From Azolla caroliniana (taxonomy: Eukaryota; Plantae; Polypodiophyta): a stretch of 28,467 nt of DNA. The translations under genes were made by a program, and so were the position numbers. The notes beneath the pieces are model-generated. The model worked only from the letters and a program-made list of their open reading frames with translations, ran no database searches and had not been told where the DNA came from. Shown here one piece after another: positions 10,108-22,341 of the stretch. The stretch spans positions 1 through 28,467 of the forward strand of contig JBHGNT010000396.1 of NCBI GenBank assembly GCA_043228905.1. The letters run 5' to 3'. Each line of letters opens with the position of its first letter. The stretch's first letter is position 1.

Positions 10108-11600
10108 AGAGAGAGCGATAGAGGTGGATGTGGTGGTGTTGTTGGTGGGAGGTTGTCACAAGAGTTAGGAATTTGTAGGCCATTTAGGTATCATCTTCGT
10201 CATTTGCATTGACCTTTATTGCATGGGACTACATAGGTCCATAACAATGTATCTAGATAGAGATGATGGATGTCATGGGAACCCTCGTCAATTTTGGTGT
10301 AAATAGAGTATCATATTCCATCTATTGTAATTCGATCTTCGTAATTGATACATTACTATTTGAGAGAGAGAGAGAGTCTACATAAGAACATTTTTTGGAT
10401 TTTCTCTATTTCATTCCATGCACTAAGTAAGATAATGCCACCCCACATTTCCACTCCATAAAGCAACACTTGGACCACCATAGCATTGAATAGCATCAAT
10501 CTCACTTTGCACCTCAAGTATCACTATGGTTGCATTGATTCTTGAAGATATAGTAACTATTCCAACTCGCTTGAAGTCAAGACTCATACCATATATTCCA
10601 CCTAATTGTCGATAGGACTTTAATACCAAGATATTTGAAGTTTTGCACCACTTGTATTGGTTCTAGCTTGTATGTAAATATGCAGTAGTTTCTTGGTTGT
10701 ATTACCTTTGTTGCCATCATTTTCATTTTGCCCAAATTAGCAATTAGCTCATTGATTTGACAAAATGAGTCCAAAGTGTTTCATATCATCCAAATTATAT
10801 GAGAATAAAACAACATCATCAACACATACAGTATAAAACTAATCTCATACAAGAGTTTTGGACCATCCAATCCTTCTTCTTTTGCAACCTTGTTTATTGT
10901 TTCGTCAAGTTTTGCATAGACCAAAGGGCACGTGAGAGGGTGAGCACCCTTGTTTGACCCTTATGTTGCTTAAAAAATACTTCAAGAAATCACTATCCAT
11001 TTTTATTTGGCTCCTAATTTGCTCACTCTAATTGCATTTTGATCTCTATCATTCTTTTCCAAAGCTCACTCCTTGGTGTGGTGTCAAAGTCTTTCTCAAA
11101 GTGCAGAAAACGACAATATATATTTCCCCTTGAAGTCAACTTTATTAGTGTAACCAAATGATAGGGTAGTTTACTATTTTGGTCTAAAGCCTCCTTGATC
11201 AAGTGCTCATTTGTGATGACACTCAACCCATGAGGTAATCTTTTATTCCATGATAGCACTATACAACTTGGCCATAATTGAGCTAACCATGATACTTCAA
11301 TAGTTGGATATGATTTTTTTTTCTCTTTCACGGTTTGGTTTAATCCAATTCATGAGTGAATCTTTTGGGAAACCTTGTTTGATAGCTTGATTGCATCGAG
11401 TGTCGATGTGTGAATAAGGCATACACATATAAACTCAACCTTCTAGGCATTTTCTTTAGTTTGATACTCAAGTCATCACCCCCTCTTAATATATCACCAT
11501 AGCTTTCACGAATTGTACTATGTGTTGAGTGTGTAAAAGCAAGTGATACTCATCCTTTACTAGACCTTCCTTGCATACCTTTCATGCTTTTATAATTGGC
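10108..11600 (-). mobile_element. Decayed LINE (RTE/L2-like) reverse transcriptase ORF, 5'-truncated
   Basis: Minus-strand fragments occur in RT order: YPTIEV..LAQL, HLVTL, IYCRFLHFEKDFDTTPRSELW (D..KAFD motif), a YADD-like GTTGATGATGTT near 10812-10832, and FKYLGI. A YGVEMWG reading follows near 10440-10460, then a simple-repeat tail near 10108-10150. Many stops and frameshifts. Confidence 0.85.
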
Positions 11601-11606
11601 TAATTT

Positions 11607-12074
11607 TGATGTCATAAGTCAACTTCAATACCTAGGTTGTGTGATCGAGTGTGACAGAGTGTTCGAGCTCTACAAGAGTTAATACTCAATGTTAGTAATA
11701 AGGTAAAGTTGAATACGATCAATAGGTCTTCTTCCCTTATATAGTACCTAACATTCAGGATTGAGATTATGATTGTCCTCAAACAACTTATAGGACAAAA
11801 AATGAATCATTTTTGCATAGTACGTGTGGGATTGAGATCCTCAATATTACTTTTTTTATTAAAAATGTTGCAATCAAGAGTGCACATTGAGATATATAAG
11901 AAATTAAGCTCAAAGAGTTCAATGTGATAAAATACGACACATTGTAATAAGTGTGTGATACTCTTAACTCCTAAACGTGTTTCATCAAAATAGGCACAAC
12001 CAACAAGTCTCCTCACTGTGGCTCATTGACACTCCTCACTTGTGCCCCAAGGGCCAATACCCTGTTTGACATCA
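11607..12074 (-). mobile_element. Candidate solo LTR (468 bp)
   Basis: Bounded by TGATGTCA...TGACATCA (8-bp inverted termini, TG..CA) with a minus-strand CTATATAAG TATA box (11736-11744). It begins where LINE homology stops. The flanks AATTT and AAGAG do not form a TSD. Confidence 0.4.
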
Positions 12075-12698
12075 AAGAGAATGTGATCTGAGTTCTATTG
12101 GAGCAAGCAGATCATGTCTTGGTGATTGTGGTTTCTCCATTCGGGGAAGAAGATGGTTTTAAGTTTGGCGCAATGTGTTGTGATACATTGGTCTTGAATA
12201 AAAGTCTTGTTCCTAGAATTGTCACTTATGAGTTCAAATATTACTTTTTAAAGTGATTGACAATAGTGTTGCTTTAAAGTTCAAAGAAACCTATATACTT
12301 TGCTAAGTTACCTTTTACTTGAAACTCCTGTGAAATAGTCACATTCAAATATCCCCCCATGTTAAAAATGAATATCTCTCTAATAACCAATAGTTCCTAC
12401 TCATTCTACTCATTCAACAAATGACAAGATATACGTAGACAACTAATAGCGCATGGAGTTGGGTGTGTAGGCAAGAAAATATTCGTTGCAAAAGTAGATT
12501 GAATAGGAATAAGAGAATTGTTTTATGTATCATTCAATTGTTGGTTTGTCAAAAAATGATCATTAAAGGGTAGAGTGTGTGGCCAACATGACATGTTCAT
12601 GAGTTGAAGATAATGAGTTTTAAATTTACCCCTGCACTAAGATTTATCAACACAAAAAAGGAAATGAAATTTATTGTACCATAATCCATGCTCAAGAA

Positions 12699-13315
12699 TA
12701 GCAATGGGCCCGGTTTCTGCTTAAACCGAACCGAACCGTTAAACCATGGTTTAAAGGTTTATAAGCTCCAAAATAATAAAATGGTTTGGTTTGGTTTGAA
12801 TTAATACTAAACCGTTCGGTTTAGTTTTGAAACTAGGGTTTATAGGTTTGGTTTATAGATTTATAGGTTTTTGGGCTATCTTTTTTTATCCATTAAATGT
12901 TTATGTAATTTAATGGTTTAATTAATGTTTTTCATTGGTTTAATTCACTTAACTTAATTGTTTATTTAATCTAATGGCTCAATAAATCTTATTTATTTAT
13001 TTTAACATAAATGCTTATTTAATTTTGTGTATTTTTATTGAATTAATTTTTTAATTAGCTTGCCTTAAATGTGGTTATGTTTAAACTTTTTATTAAATGG
13101 TTCGGTTTGGTTTTAACTTTTCCCTAAACGGTTTTGGTTTAAATGGTTTAGTTTACATTTTGTTTAAATGGTTTGGTTTAAATGTTCGAATGTTCATAAA
13201 CGGTTTGGTTTGGTTTTTGTTTTATATAAGGGGTTTGGTTTGGTTTTTGTTTTATATAAGGGGTTTGGTTTGGTTTCAAGGCACCGAAACCGAACCGAAC
13301 CGGGGCCCATTGCTA
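12699..13315. mobile_element. hAT-type non-autonomous DNA transposon (MITE), 617 bp
   Basis: Perfect 13-bp TIRs TAGCAATGGGCCC / GGGCCCATTGCTA; perfect 8-bp TSD CTCAAGAA (12691-12698, 13316-13323); many subterminal AACCG/GGTTT pentamers; AT-rich non-coding core; internal 30-bp tandem duplication at 13201-13260. Confidence 0.95.
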
Positions 13316-14779
13316 CTCAAGAATGGGAACTAATATGATTACTAATGTTGTTAACTGATATTATTATCAACTAAGATTTCAATTGCTTAAATTAATCGGG
13401 TGGCTCTTTGGGTATTTTGGCAAAGGATAATTGTCGGTTTGAGTTCAATGGTTTCTCTTTAAAGTGATTGACAATATTGTTGGTTTGATGGTCAACGAAA
13501 AGTATATGCTTTGCTAGATTCATAGGTTATAGCTATAATGTGACATTGAGTTCTTGCATGATCCTTTTGCCCAGAATTCTTATGAAATTATTACACTCAA
13601 TTATTTCTACCATTAAGCAATCCAAGGATAATTATGTTCGAAAGAAGAACTCTCATTGCCATTCATATTACACTTTTTTTATCGTCTTTCAATGAATCAA
13701 ATGTAGACTACAAATAACACGGCGATCTCCTTTGGCTTAGCTTGTCAACATTGTAAATGGTTGTGCAGATCATTTGCCTCTTGTTTGTCAAACATTGCTA
13801 CCACTTGATTTTCATTCATGGTAAAAATTTGCACACTTGCTTATTAGAAATAACATGCATTAAGTTGGTTTTAAGCAACTCTACGATCGAGGAAATTTGT
13901 TTGGATTCAGAGGATCATTAGATGGGGCAAATGCATAATCTTCCATAACGTCGACTTTATGTTTTAAAATCATTGTCCAAGTAATTGAATTATTATCCTT
14001 GTCTAAAAGGAAGGGCAACCATCTTATTCTCGTGAACAATGCACGATTGATTCTTCTACTTCGTTGTCATTTATGTACACATAAAAAACCAATCAAACAA
14101 TACATCATGTGCGAAATAACACTATGAAAACATTGTAATGACACATGATATACAAGTCCTCAAACTTTCCACAACTTCTTGACTACAGTTTCAACCATTA
14201 TCAATTTAAAAAATATATATAGACATGATGGTATAGTGGTAAATCTTGTGCTTTATTATAATAACAAGGTTGTGGGTGGAGCCTCCAACAAATGGATTGA
14301 TGTGTATTTCTCATCAACATTATTCCTAATCTTAATTCGAGATTATGCCCACTATTGGTTTATGTTTTAAAAAATTACTTTATAACATCGACATAATTTT
14401 CGACAATACAAAGAATGAATATGATAGCAATGCTAATAAAAGGTGGTGTTTCTCCCACTTGCAATATATTTCTCCTCGCAGGTTTAGACAAAAAATTATA
14501 GAATGTATTCTATGACTAGCTATTTGAAATGCGAGGCTATTGGCTGGACAAACACATAAATCCAAACATATGCACAACCGTTGGATGGTTTCAATTTTAT
14601 GCCCAATCAATGAGTAATTCCAAAAGCTTTGTTGTATTGCATGTTATGTTAGGCCCAATGAGTGTAAGTTTAAGCAAACCTATATTGCACTTCACTTCGA
14701 CTATTTGAATAAGTACCTTTGTTGCATTGATGGTGATAACTACTCCTTCATATTGTGCCTAAAAGGCAGACCCCAAACA

Positions 14780-15970
14780 ATTTCATGTTGGAGGGTGGGT
14801 GGGATTTATCTATTTCTCATTGACAATACCACCACGAGAGTGAATTAGTTTCAACATATTAGGTTACATTGGTCTAGAAGTGTCATAGGAGGGGTGAAGG
14901 AACCCTACTTAGATGGGGTTTATGAGCTTCTGTGTCTTATTTGAATAGAACCATAGTTTCTCTTCAAATATTGATCACAAAATAGATTTTACAAAGGTGG
15001 AGTGGGATTCTTATAATGTTGCATGAGAAATCATACTTCTCTCTTGATTTTTGATAGAGGATGTAAAGGCATGTTGGAATTTGTGGGTGTACAGTAATCA
15101 ACCTTTCTTTAGGTTTGGCATGGGACCCAACTGACTATTTATGGACAAATCCATTTACTTGCAACAAGTTCAATTTTAAAAAATACATTGTTCAATTAGA
15201 TATTTCAATATATTTCTAATTCATAGGATGTTTCACCAATGATATTTCAATACAAATGTTAGAAGTCAACAAGGTCCTACTCCCAAGTTTTGGTGTAAGG
15301 TATGGGAAAGGAAACAATAATGTCAAATACGTCATGTGCAGTTGTTGCTTGTGAATCGAGCCTTGCCTGTTGGTATTGGGGTTGCACAAAATGTTTGTAT
15401 CCTTTAATTGTGGTCAATGTTGTTTGTCGATACAATCATAGAAATAATGTCTGTGGGATTGCCTTGAGTCTTGATTGGTATGGAAATGTATGCTAATAAT
15501 CTTTGCCAACTACTTTCCACCATCATTATTCACATGGGGAATGGTGGTTTGGATATCAGTTGCCTGCTATGCTGTCAAGTCTCTTTACCATAATTTTAGC
15601 ACTTGTTTCAAAATGGTTCGTGTAGTTCCTTTGGTGATGGTTTGGAAGAAAGAAGGAGATGCAACCATTATGGGAAATATTGAGTAATATTAACATATGT
15701 TGAATTAGGAAGGCTCGATTATCCTCCATTGTCATCAAGTTAGGGTCTCACTAGTTGAAGTGGCACGTAACATTAGGCCGGACATGGTCAAGACTCCATG
15801 CTTTTAAAGGACAATGGGATGGTTTTATTTAGGCATTCAGATGCTAAAATTGCTTAGTGTCTCCAATTTCTTACTCTCTACAACAAAGATATTCTTCTCT
15901 CCTTCAAAGATGGTGGCCCTTTTTGGCATTCTCAGCCACCAAAATGGTTGTTCCATCCCATGATCACTTG
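14780..15970 (+). mobile_element. Decayed L1-like LINE, ORF2 3' portion with zf-RVT (5' boundary uncertain, may extend to ~14200)
   Basis: Peptides AWDPTDYLW (~15118), LLVNRALPVG, CGQCC...CLWDC...VW (zf-RVT-like, ~15409-15483), FTWGMVVW, KGQWDG and QPPKWLFHP. 15513-15925 is homologous to 24131-24555. Confidence 0.8.
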
Positions 15971-16060
15971 AGGATCACATCTCTACGTATATTTCTTTAT
16001 ACTCATGAATGAATATATTATTTTATAACACACACACACACACACAAATACATACATACA

Positions 16061-16294
16061 TTTTTTTTTTTTCCAGAATGAAGCTACTTTCCCATTAGTT
16101 AGGAAGGATTATTACAAAGAGACTTTACAAGGAGACTTAAACATCGATCGGGGAATCTCCCTCCGATCGAGTTCAAGAAAATGAGACTAGTTACATCACC
16201 TTTCGGATTGACTACTTAATGTAAGTACCTATAGCTAAAACGGTGCCCTTCAATGATGGCTAGTACGAGACAACTCTTGGGGTTAGACAACGAT
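16061..16294 (-). mobile_element. 5'-truncated non-LTR retrotransposon 3' end (family A, copy 2) with poly(A) and degenerate TSD
   Basis: T12 at 16061-16072; reverse-complement homology to 2168-2397; flanks AAATACATACATACA (16046-16060) and AAATATGTACATCCA (16295-16309) match at 12/15. Confidence 0.8.
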
Positions 16295-16298
16295 AAAT

Positions 16299-16847
<549 letters not shown>

Positions 16848-16913
16848 TCTCCCAATCTTTTTTTTCTACGCCATTAATTAGGGTAAAGAAATACGCGGCC
16901 TTCTGCCACAGTC

Positions 16914-16914
<1 letters not shown>

Positions 16915-16955
<41 letters not shown>

Positions 16956-17240
16956 CTGTGTCTTCCTGCAACACGCGTCTCCACCTGTGAATAAAAAACA
17001 AAACAAAAAACTATTACCCTGCTTCTTCTTCTTCTTCTTCTTCTTCTTCAGCTTTCCTCTCTCTCACATAAATCCTTCTCTTTCTTCTGTTGTCCTTCTG
17101 TTTCTTTCTTTCTTTCTTTCTTTCACCTTCACCTTCACCTTCACCTTCCTGCTTTTCTTTCCTTCCTTCCTTCTTCTTCTTTCTTCTTCATCCTTCATTA
17201 ATCCTTCCCCCTGTTTCTTCACCTTCCTGTTTCGCCTCCT
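16915..17240 (+). promoter_or_regulatory. Pyrimidine-rich (CT)n/(CTT)n tract; likely TSS/5' leader of the DUF789 gene
   Basis: (CT)n at 16918-16951, (CTT)n at 17022-17049, plus (CTTT)n and (TTCACC)n. Such Y-patch/GAGA tracts typically mark plant 5' UTRs. The TSS position is inferred. Confidence 0.5.
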
Positions 17241-17249
17241 CTAAAAAAG

Positions 17250-17685
17250 CTCCATTTGGGCGATCTCCCCTCTTCTGTGTTTTTGTCTTGTTTCATTTGG
17301 GCGACCATTTCTCTGGCGAAACTTAATCGGAGAGATAATTTGTCTTGGCAAAATTTATTTGGGTGATAATTTTCTCTTGGAAAATCTCATTTGGGCGATC
17401 TTTTTTGTCTTGGAAAAAAATTCATTTGGGTGATAATTTTCTCTTGGAAAACCTCATTTGGGCGATCTTTTTTGTCTTGGAAAAAAAAAATCATTTGGGT
17501 GATTATTGTCCTTCCGGAACCTCATTTGGGCCATCATCCACTTGCTGCAAATATTTTTCTGGCTAATCTCCATTTGGGCGATCTACATTTTCTGCAAGAT
17601 CTCATCTGGACTGTCTGCATTTCTTCTTAATCTCTCATCTGGACAGTCACCATTCTTATATAAGATTTCCATTTTGGCGATTTAA
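17250..17685 (+). repeat. Degenerate ~33-35-bp minisatellite with core CATTTGGG(C/T)GAT, about 12 cores
   Basis: Cores near 17253, 17295, 17357, 17388, 17423, 17455, 17492, 17523 and 17571, with diverged ones at 17603, 17636 and 17670. Confidence 0.85.
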
Positions 17686-18042
17686 ATTCACTAAAATTCT
17701 CTGATCTCTCCCTCTATTCTATATTCCAAATGATCTTGAACACCATGTTGTTATGCTCAAATTCATGTGCTCTTTCCTTCAATTACATTTCAAGGTTAAC
17801 CGCATTTGCATCATTAGAGGTAATTTGTTGTACATATCACTACTAAAGTATCATCCATCATCATTATGTGGGACTAGTTGAGCTCATCATTTTTGCTACA
17901 ACTCAAAAGGCATTGCTCAAACTAACCATCCTATAGGATCCACATCCGCATAGATAATTATGCATATCTAGAATCAAGAAGTGCAAGAAATAACAAGGTC
18001 AAATTTAGGATAAAGGCGTGTGCAAGGAACCATTAATCCATC

Positions 18043-21000
18043 ATGGCAAGTAGTTGCAATGTTTTGCATATCAACACTTATAATCCCAAAGAGGATGAGA
18101 GTACCTTCACAAACATATTGCCCAGTGAGATCGGTTTGAATGTGGAGGGCAAATCGAACCTTGAGTTTTTCTTGGATCACATCACTCCGTCAGTGCAATG
18201 CTTGCCCAAGGTAATACAATTTAACCCATTCGTTCATACATTCACTTAGGTCTAGTTGGATGTCATATATATATATATATCACAGGAATCTTTAGACATT
18301 TTCGCCCATGTGGGATTAATAGCCTAGGTTTCTTCATATGGGAAATTGGTTATTTCCCATCTTATCCATACATTTTGATAAACACTGTGAACATCATTGA
18401 AGAGATTTGATGTGGGCATGGAGTGGGGAAATCAGTGGTAGCACGAAGTAAAATTTAGGGATTTCTCAAAACAGAGAATCTATCATCAAACAATATTCTA
18501 TGTCGCAAGAAATTCTAAAGCTTCTCGTGATGTAATATTGTTGTGATGGTTGAAGATTATCATGGCTCATCCATGGATATAAATCTTCACTCTTAAAATA
18601 CCAACTTAGAAACCTAATCTTGGTATGGAAATGTGCACAGGCTATGTATGAAGATGAAGCTTTATATGGAAAGTGGAAGCAACTAGGGGCTGACGAGGAG
18701 GGAAAGCCAATTTTCTTCAATCTGGGTGACTTGTGGGCGTCTTTTGATGAGTGGAGTGTGTATGGAGCAGGTGTGCCTCTGGTCTTACCATGTGGAGAGA
18801 CTATAATGCAGTACTATGTGCCCTACCTCTCAGCCTTGCAGATCTACCACACTAGTAAAAGGTATATATATATACTGCCGTGCATTCGACTCTTTTACCT
18901 TGTTTATCCCATGATCTTATGCATTCAACATGATTGTGTGTCAGTCCATTGAACCACAGTAATAATAGATCAATAGAAGTCCATGTTTTTTTTTGTTTGT
19001 GAAATGTTGTCCATGCTTTTTTTGTTTTGTTTTCACCTGTTAAATTCCATATTAGTTTTTGCTTGTATAATGATGACATTTTGATTGTTTGGCTAGGCCT
19101 CCATACCATGAGGAGAGTGATTGGAGCGATGTCAGCGACATGCGAAGTGTAGCTAGTAGTGATTTTGGGAGTGACAATGAGAACGAGAAAATGCAATCGA
19201 AGTTTCAGGTGAAGGCTGTGACAGAGCAATACTGGGATAACCTAAGCTGTGTTTCTTCAGATAGGCTGAGCTTTAGTATGTCGAGCGATGAATCTGAGTG
19301 TAGACAAGGAGACCTTGTGTTCGAATATTTTGAAAGATGTTCTCCCTATGGTCGAACACCTCTTGCAGGAAAGGTATGCATATATACGTAGATGTAAAGA
19401 TATACATATACCACTTAATGCACACATACACACACACAGACACACTTACTCATACACACACACACAAACAAATGCAGATATGCATCCAGATACATCCATA
19501 CATATACATAGATGTATATAAATACACACATACATTGATACATCCATGTATACATTTATAAATATATCTATTATGCCGTCTCCACTCCCCATCCAGACAT
19601 GGTATATGCCATAATCTAAGTTGAATCTCCTTTATTCATTGCCCGGGGTTATTATGCGTCTACTGTAGACTTCAATGTGGATACATGGGTCTACATGGAG
19701 GCCAGAGCCATCATGGTTATTGTTGTGCTTATTGGAATCGAGATTCCTAGTTGGGTTACTATCATGTGGGGAGGCTCAATATAATACAAATCCCTGCATT
19801 TCTTTCTATCTTAATTTCTGGGGTAGGCTTGACATTCTTTATGGTGTTAGCCAAGATTATGTTAATGGGAACCTCCTGTTCAGTTCAGGAAAGATGAGGA
19901 GAAGTTTAGGAAACAGTAACACAATATTTTGTTCATTAACTATCAATTATACTATAAGTGAAGTATCTTTTTTGTTTACTATCAATCCACAGATGTCAAT
20001 TATCATTAGAGTGAAGTTGACCAGGGGTTGCCCCATTATATTGTGGATACGCATTTGGTCACCGCAAAAATGTGCATAGCTACGATAGGGACATAGACCA
20101 ACCTAGGGTTTAAGAGAAAATACGAACAATAGTATTTGTGAAAATAAACCTAATAGTATCATGTTATGTCCTTATTGGGTAAAATTGCATCATGATACAT
20201 AATGTTTTCCTGCACTCGGGCAGATTCGGGAGCTTGCTGTTGATTTTCCTCAGCTCTACACACTTAAGAGTAATGAATTGTCTCCAGCAAGTTGGGTCTC
20301 AGTTGCATGGTAAGCTATCAAAAGAACAAGGAAAATCAAATTTCTTTCAAGGAAGGCATGCTAGTATTGTGCGTGTGGAACCTTGTTAAATTAAGTACTA
20401 ATAAATTAATAATCATTATCTTTATAAATCTATACAGGTATCCGATATATCGTATACCTACCGGACCAACGATGAGTGATTTGCCAACATGTTTCCTCAC
20501 ATTCCATTCTCTCTGGACACCTCCCTTGCTTCAAGGTGTGGATGAATCATCAAACACACATTGTTTTTCTTTACAGATACATCTTATCTCAACATTTTTT
20601 CTTTACAAAACCATCTTACTTCAACATTGTTTTCTTTACAAAAACCATCGTAACAACATTCACTCTTCAACAAAAATGTGTTCAAATTTTATTTTTACTG
20701 AAAATGTCATTGACATGCCTTGAATATACAATATCGTAAAACATTTTGTTTTTGTTAAAAACATCCTTTCATGTTTGTTTCTTTAAGAACGGATCGGTTA
20801 TAAAACATATCTTCATTGTCATAGATGCACAGGTTGACTTCAGGTCTAGTCCAGCCTTAGTGTTAGATGACAACTGCTACAGAAATACATGTTGGATGGG
20901 TTCGGATCAGATGTTGGTTTCAGATAATTCAAGCAACAATATGAAACAAGAGCAAGAGAAGTGGCTCCACGAGCACGCAGCATGGAGGGTTAAACCTGGG

Positions 21001-21192
21001 ATGGTGGTCGAGTTGCCTGCATTTGGCTTGGCCTCTTATAAGCTAAGGGGTCCATTTTGGGCTTCGGCAAAGGCTGCTGATAAAGAACGTGTCATGTCTC
21101 TCATTAACTCTGCGGACTCATGGATACGACAACTCAAAGTCCGACATCCTGACTTTGATTTCTTCGTCTCGAGGGAGGGCATTACAACTTAA
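18043..21192 (+). CDS. DUF789 (PF05623) family protein, 6 coding exons: join(18043..18210,18641..18861,19097..19373,20224..20309,20438..20535,20825..21192), 1218 nt, 405 aa
   Basis: Family motifs occur in order: [14 protein letters not shown]; [35 protein letters not shown]; [15 protein letters not shown]; [40 protein letters not shown]; [31 protein letters not shown]. All five introns are GT-AG with compatible phases (0,2,0,2,1). An in-frame TAA at 18034 lies just upstream of the ATG. Confidence 0.93.
19378..19565. repeat. Degenerate CA/TA-rich microsatellite at the 5' end of intron 3
   Basis: Directly visible CACA/CATA/TATA runs. Confidence 0.8.
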
Positions 21193-21388
21193 AAAACTGA
21201 GTTGAACTCTCGGAAACGAGGAAAGGATTCGATCGAAGATGAAGACGAAAAGTTGCTAACCAATTTTGCAAGAGATAGGGAGGTGGTTTGATAGTGTATT
21301 TAGTAGGTGCTTTGTGACAGTACTTTTGCTTTTTTTCTTTCAGCTTCTTAAAGAAGGGGGGATGGGGGTGGGTGATATATAGTTGGAT

Positions 21389-21628
21389 TATCATAGGTGA
21401 TGTGCCAATACATAGTATCATAGGTGATGTGCCAGTACCTAGTGTTATAGGTGATGTGCCGATATCTAGTAGCATAGGTGTGTGGTAGTCCCTAGTATAA
21501 GAGGTGATGTGCCAGCATTTAGTATCATAGGTGTGTGCCAATACCCAGTATGAGAGGTGATGGGGCAGTACCTAGAATCATAGGGATATGCCAATGCTTA
21601 GTATCAAAGATGATGTCTCGGTATGTAG
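21389..21628 (+). repeat. 26-27-bp minisatellite x9 in the presumed 3' UTR (consensus ~TATCATAGGTGATGTGCCAGTACCTAG)
   Basis: Units start at 21389, 21416, 21443 and so on, each ending in TAG or CAG. The array begins ~200 bp after the stop codon. Confidence 0.9.
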
Positions 21629-21945
21629 CGTTTTGCTTTAGTGTACATTCTTGTCAATGTGTGGATCTAATGGAGGGATCTAATTTCTTTTGCTACAAAA
21701 GAGCAAAAGCTGTAGTTTGGAGTTTTATTTATTTTTCTTGGTGTGAAGTTTTTTTTCTTTTGGGATGTGGGTAGCAGCATACAAGAGAACAACCCTCTCA
21801 ATATGTGTATGTATATTCTGTACAAATTTCGATCTCCTCAATCAAAATGGCAAAAAATTGTAGAAAAATTTGATCCTCGTTTGTGAAGTTTGTATTGCAA
21901 GTGGTGGAGTATCTTTGGTGTTTCTCCTTTATTGTAGCTTGTTGT

Positions 21946-22341
21946 ATCGTGATTCGAAATAATGCTTGGATATTTGCTTCTTTTGTTCCATTATTGTGTT
22001 TTATCACCTTGTGTGGTTTGCTTGGGATTCATGGTTTGTATAATATGGTAAATTGTAATTAACTTTGGAGTATTCAATGTATCATTTATTGCATTGTGAG
22101 CTTGATGTAGTTTCCTATGAAGAGTGATCTCAATTTGATGTAGTTTCCTATCACGATTTGCAATAATGCTTGGATATTTGCTTCCTTTGTTCCATTATTG
22201 TGTTTATCACCGTGTGTGGTTTTGCTTGGGATTCATGGTTTGTATAATATGGTAAATTGTAATTAACTTTGGAGTATTTAATGTTTCATTTATTGCAGTG
22301 TGAGCTTGATGTAGTTTCCTATGAAGGGTGATCTCAATTTG
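21946..22341. repeat. Tandem duplication, 2 x ~204 bp, high identity
   Basis: AATGCTTGGATATTTGCTTC at 21961 and 22165; colinear through TGATCTCAATTTG. Confidence 0.93.

Noticed and set aside
21356-21372. G-quadruplex in the 3' UTR
   Set aside because: Only three separated G-runs.
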